A stretch of DNA of 64,000 nt from the human T2T-CHM13v2.0 reference genome, Homo sapiens, in the NCBI RefSeq assembly GCF_009914755.1, contig NC_060926.1. One strand, given 5' to 3'. Each line of letters begins with the position of its first letter. Within the stretch, counting starts at the first letter, position 1. Under the pieces are notes generated by a model. That model was not told the origin of the DNA, ran no database searches, and was given only the letters and a program-made list of their open reading frames with translations. Made by a program: the position numbers and the translations under genes. This document shows positions 58,011-64,000 of the stretch, in pieces.

Positions 58011-58411
58011 TACACCATACTTGAAAATCAGTTCAAGGAGAAATAGGAGTGTCTTCCATCTCTGTTATTTGCTTTATGATATTTCACTTTCCAAAAATGC
58101 ATGCTTACTTCTTTCACCTATCTTCATCTTTTATCTCTTTTCATTTTTCACATCTGGAAATTTAAGAATCCATTCAACAGCCCATCTTCTCCAGAAATAT
58201 TCCTCAGTTGATCCCAATCTACATGTTTTTCACGTTTCTGAAACTTTTATTGAACATGGGTCAACATTGCACTGGTTAGCACTTAATATTCTTCTAACCT
58301 ATCTTGTGTGATTGTTGGAACTTCCCAAGAGCACAGTATCAGGATCTCTGTGGCTTTTAATTCTGTGTCCTCCCTTTCAAGACCAATTAGCCCATTACTT
58401 AGAATACTTAA

Positions 58412-58768
58412 ACACTGATTTGTGTCTCCCCAACACTCACATGTTGAAATCCAATTCCCAGTAAGATAGTATTTGAAAGTGGGATTTGGGGGAGGTAATT
58501 AGGTCATGAGAGTGGAATCCTCATGAATAGAATTAGTGCCCTTATAAGAAGAGGCCAGAAGCCTCTCTTGCTCTCTTTACTTCATGTTAGGACACAATGA
58601 GAAGTCAGCAGTTTGCAACCAAAAGAGTGTCCTCTCTAGAATCTGACCAGGCTGACACAGCAATCTACGACTTCCAGCCTCCAGAACTGTGAGAAATAAA
58701 TTGCTGTTATTTATAAGACACCCAGTCTGTGGTACTTTGTTATAGCAGCCTAACATGACTAAAACACA
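58412..58768 (+). mobile_element. MaLR LTR (MLT1A/MSTD-like)
   Basis: TGTGTCTCCCCAACACTCACATGTTGAAA...CCAGAACTGTGAGAAATAAATT...TTGTTATAGCAGCC. Confidence 0.78.
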
Positions 58769-60116
58769 CTGAATAACCCAATGTTTGAGTGATTACCTGT
58801 CCTTTACTTCTCTTATCCATTCCTCTTGCCTTCCAATTCCTGCTACCATTGTCTAGAAGTTGGCTGAAAGGAACAAAGAGCACCTGATCAGTTATCTAAT
58901 AACATTTATTACTTTTTTATTTCCTACATTGTGTTACTTTATCTCTCTCACTCCTGCATGATGAATAAAATCATTTTTTTCAGAGGCATTACGCTTTTCA
59001 CACTTTATTTAGTAAATATTGGGCACCTACCATGTCCAAAATACTAGCAGTAGGGGCAAGGGTTGATTAGAGGGGAGGCATGAAAATAACATAATCACTG
59101 CCCTCAGTGACTCATATTCAGGCAAGGAGAAAATGATTTATAAAAGTAGTTAATGGAAGAGAATACATAGGAATAAGGGGAATTCCATGTGGAGGCCAAG
59201 TGTAGAGTAATGGTATTTTGCTTTGTACCCACTGGAAATTATATTTTAGTGCCCAGTTGAGGTAGTTAGTCCAACAAATTTGATGTTGGGAATACTTCTG
59301 ATTGTAATTGAGAACTATTATCTCAAACTAAATTGTTACAAATTGGAGTTTGAATCTTTAGAAAGAAAAAAAGAGAGAGAGAAGCTATGTATAGACCATC
59401 TAGAAAAAAGTCATTTTGGAAATCAGCTTATGAAAAAGGTAATATGGGAAAGTAAAACATAAGCAGAAATGATAATAAAATTGATTGGTTAGGTGAAAAG
59501 AGTTGAAGGGAAAAAAATGTACAAATTCAGGAAATTGTGTGTACACGTGTGTATTTAAAAAAACCCAAAAACCTTCAGCTAGGCATGGTGACCTATACCT
59601 GTGGTCCTAGCTATTCTGGAGGCTGAGGTGGGAAGATCACCTGCAGGAGGTCAAGTCTGCAGTGAACTGTGATCACGCAGCTGCACTCCAGCATGGGCCA
59701 TACAGCGAGACCCTGTCTCAAAAAAAAATAAAAATAAAAAAATCCCTAAACCAAAAACTTCAAGGAAGGCTATCTTAAAAGCCCATAGATCCTTAGCCAG
59801 GCATGGTGGTGCATTCTTGTAGTCTCAGCTACAGGGGAGGATCACTGAGCCCAAGAGTTTGAGCCTAGCCTGGGCTACATAGTAAGACCCCATCTATTAA
59901 AAAAAAAAAATTCCCACAGCTCCAAAGGCCTGGCTTCACAGGACTCCTAGCAGACCTGGTTCATTCTATTCAGTAACTATTTTTACTGGCAATTCAGTTC
60001 AAGAGTACTGTAACTTGTATGGATGGATCCGCTTAATTTTTACTTCATAATTTATTTAAAACTCTATTATTACTCTCTGTTCATTTTCCTTTGTCATCAT
60101 CATTACCGCACTCTTC

Positions 60117-60132
60117 ACAGTAGGTGGCAACA
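60117..60132 (+). promoter_or_regulatory. Candidate CTCF site
   Basis: ACAGTAGGTGGCAACA matches 14/16 of CCASYAGRKGGCRSYR in non-repeat sequence. Motif match only. Confidence 0.35.
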
Positions 60133-60640
60133 GTGCTTCACTCCCAGAATCGACTGAACGGCCTAGAAGTACAAAACAGAGGCAAACATTGAAACAAATT
60201 TCAGGATCCTAATTTGGCCAAAAATAAAAGCATTGCCTTATAAGGTCATGTCAGTAATATGCCATTATAATATGCCAATTATGTGCCAAATTGTTATATA
60301 TTCTACATTCAGTGTTTAGTAAAAATTCATATGTTGAATAATTCATTTTGCCAGTGAATGTCAATAAACCAGGATGTGCTATCTTAAAAATTAATATTCA
60401 CTTAATCTTTCTTATCATAATATAATAAATTATCTCCTTTATAGTTTAATGTAAAGGTAGGTATTTATTTCTACTTAATTTCACGCGTGCTGGTCATTCA
60501 GCAAATGTTTATTATGTCTACTATGACAAGAACTTCATTTCTGCACATGTGCAGAGAAAAGCAGTTATCTGGGTGGTGCACTAAAGACAGATATAATCCA
60601 AATTGCACAACATAAGTTGACATTTAAAACATCACTTTAA

Positions 60641-60922
<282 letters not shown>

Positions 60923-61000
60923 TGATCTGCCCACGTCAGCCTCCCAAAGTGCTGGGATTACAGGCGCGAGCCACCGTGCCCGGCCTAAAGCTTCTTTTAA

Positions 61001-61198
<198 letters not shown>

Positions 61199-61658
61199 TA
61201 GATGATATATACGTAATGAGTTGCTAGGAAAAAATAGAGGACAGTGTTTTTCAACAAAGCATCTCCATGGTCTGTGGTAGAGCCAAACCTGAGATGCTGA
61301 AAGCAGATGTCACATGGAATTAAGTACATTGCTGTATTCACCTAAATATCCTGTTTGCGAATCTTAATACACAACAAAATTACTCCATTAGGACTAACCT
61401 TCAGTCATAAGATTCCATATTCCATCTTCCTTATTCCACTTACTCAAAATGAGAACAACCATTGCTTTGTAAATTCATTAGCACCTTAGTAGAATCCAGG
61501 CCCATCCCTGGTTAGAGAAATGGCAAAATGAAACCCTAAGTGTAACAAATGAATGACTTTACCACACAAATACTCAACACATGTATTCCCTGTTCTGGCT
61601 TCAGTTAGAAAATAAAATGTTTGTGATTTTTGTGTTCATAAAGGGATCTGGAGGCTTA

Positions 61659-61763
<105 letters not shown>

Positions 61764-63447
61764 CTAGCCAACATGGTGAAAACCCGTCTCTACTAAAAAT
61801 ATAAAAATTAGCCAGGTGGGATGGTATGTGCCTGTAGTCCCAGCTACTGGGGTGGCTGAAGCATAAGAATCACTTGAACCCAGGAGGTTGTAGTGAGCCA
61901 AGATCATGCCACTGCACTCAAGCAACGATGTCAGAGCAAGACTGTGTCTTGAAAACAAAACGGAACAAAACAAACAAACAAGACAAATGAAAAATATATC
62001 TCTGCTTTAGCTAGTTCCCAAATACCTTTTTTCAAAAGCCTTTTGACTACATCTAATCTAACTATAATACAAATCAGGCTGTGATATTGGGCCAGAGCTA
62101 AGAAAAGGATAGTTTTAAAGTACTCCACCATAATCTGTAGTTGACACTTTTTAGTTATGACGACATGAGGTGTTAATATCTGTTTCATAATAATCTGTCC
62201 AGTACCACTCATTTAGCCAAATCAAACAACATTGAGATGGCTTTTCAGGTTTTTTTATGCAAAGATTTGCATGACATGCAAGACAATGAAAACAAAGTGT
62301 TTAGATATTTTTCACAAATTATCTTAATGTTCTTAAGACATGCAAAGAGAGTGGAACACAGAAGAGGCTCTTCAGAGCATTTAACTTTTTTTTTTTTTTT
62401 TGAGACAGGCTCTTGCTCTGTCACCAGGACTGGAGCGCAGTGACGCGATCATGGGTCACTGCAGCCTCAACCTCCTGGGCTCAAGCAGTCCTCCCACCTC
62501 AGCTTCCTGTGTGTCTGGGACTACTGGCATGTGCCACCATGGCTGGTCAATTAATTTTAAACTTTTTTTTGTGTGTGTGTGGAGATACGTTCTCACTGTG
62601 TTGCTCAGGCTGGTTTTGGAACTCCTAGGCTCAAGTGATCCTCCTGCCTTGGCCTCCCAAAGTCCTGGGATTACAGGTGTGTGCCCGGCCTGATTTTTTA
62701 AGCAACACAATCAAGTATAAATGATTTCGAATCACTGGAAACAATATGACTCAAAGGACTTTGAAGCTATAATTTTACAGACATGTATACAAGGTCTACA
62801 ATAATCAGAGCCTTGTGTCTGTTTTACCCTTCCCACAACTCAAAGGAAAGTTGAGGAAAGATCTCAGGAGATGTGCAGGAGCCAGTAGAAATGTGATCTG
62901 AGGAACAAGTGCAGACTCTTGCTGAGAAGTAGAGGCAAGGGCAGCACCAAAGAAGCAAAAGTAGGCATCTGTCTAGTCCAGAGGGAAAGACTACAGAAAG
63001 AAGACTGGTCAACAAGTCAAGAGCAAGGAGACAAAGAGCAGGCTGGCAAACTAGTATGAGACAAGACAGGGCAAGAAACTAGAGGCTTTTTCCGGAGGGA
63101 TGCTGCAGGTTTATACACCTGCAGAGAGTAAAGACAGACACTCTGGAAGATAAGAATAGCATCAAACAGTATAAAATGAGGTTGCTGATCTTAAGAAATG
63201 GACACTATAGTTGGAGAGACAGGGTTTACACCAATGGAAAGAGAAATAACACCGAACAATAATTCAAGTGGTGTTGCAAAACCTTGTATGATTAGTTAAA
63301 TACCAAATTATTAGTCAGGGAAGGCTTCAAAGTAGAGAGGAGCTTTGAGTTCAGTCTTTGATGAATGAGAAGAGTTCAAAGAGGTAAAACAAATACGGGG
63401 ATTAACAGAGTTAATAAAAGGAAGGGGTTCGAAATATATCTGGTATA

Positions 63448-63872
63448 AGATCAACTAAATGAAATAAAGCATGAAGACAAGATTAGAAAAAAAAGAATGA
63501 AAAGGAATGAACAAAGCCTCCAAGAAATATGGGACTATGTGAAAAGACCTAACCTCAGTGATGGGGAGAATGGAACCAAGTTGGAAAACACTCTTCAGGA
63601 TATTATCCAGGAGAACTTCCCCAACTTAGCAAGACAGACCAACATTCAAATTCAGGAAATACAGAGAACACCACAAAGATACTCCTCGAGAAGAGCAACC
63701 CCAAGACACACAATCGTCAGATTCACCAAGGTTGAAATGGAGGAAAAAATGTTAAGGGCAGCCAGAGAGAAAGGTCAGGTTACCCACAAAGGGAAGCCTG
63801 TCAAACTAACAGTGGATCTCTTAGCAGAAACCCTGCAAGCCAGAAGATAGTGGGGGCCAATATTCAACCTTC
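63448..63872 (+). mobile_element. L1PA ORF1 fragment, interrupted by an Alu
   Basis: ORF 63497-63850 (KRNEQSLQEIWDYVKRPNL...ENFPNLARQ...IVRFTKVEM...) is L1 ORF1p with a small in-frame deletion and a premature stop. Confidence 0.92.
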
Positions 63873-64000
63873 TTTTTTTTTTTTTGAGGCGGAGGCTCAC
63901 CCTGTCACCCAGGCTGTAGTACAGTGGCGTGATCTCAGCTCACTGAACCTCCACCTCCTGGGTTCAAGCGATTCTTCTGCCTCAGCCTCCCGAGTAGCTG

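Noticed and set aside
63497-63850. 117-aa L1 ORF1p-like ORF as a domesticated gene
   Set aside because: 5'-truncated, has an internal deletion and a premature stop, and is interrupted by an Alu; an ordinary L1 relic.

Overview
Primate (almost certainly human or great-ape) genomic DNA. It contains the 5' part of the ESCRT-0 gene STAM2 on the minus strand: a CpG-island promoter at ~45.4-46.5 kb, ATG at 45675, and coding exons 1-11 (1025 nt, VHS, UIM, SH3 and start of the GAT/coiled-coil) running down to 2084, with the remaining exons lying left of the window. The rest is repeat-rich intron and upstream DNA: about 50 Alus, an RPL30 processed pseudogene, an SVA, MER11, LTR10-type and MaLR solo LTRs, Tigger/MER3 DNA transposon relics and L1/L2/MIR fragments. 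Most ORFs in the supplied track are Alu or microsatellite artefacts. I see no new multi-gene system. The unusual structures are (1) a deleted HERV-K(HML-3) provirus just upstream of STAM2 whose two MER9 LTRs are inverted, one joined by its terminal CA directly into env; (2) a fold-back, TSD-less Alu-LTR junction at that provirus's left edge; (3) an SVA whose target-site duplication lies ~150 bp upstream of the hexamer, implying a 5' transduction; and (4) a dispersed ~210-bp unique-sequence duplication. Repeat subfamily names come from recalled consensus sequences and were not checked against a database.
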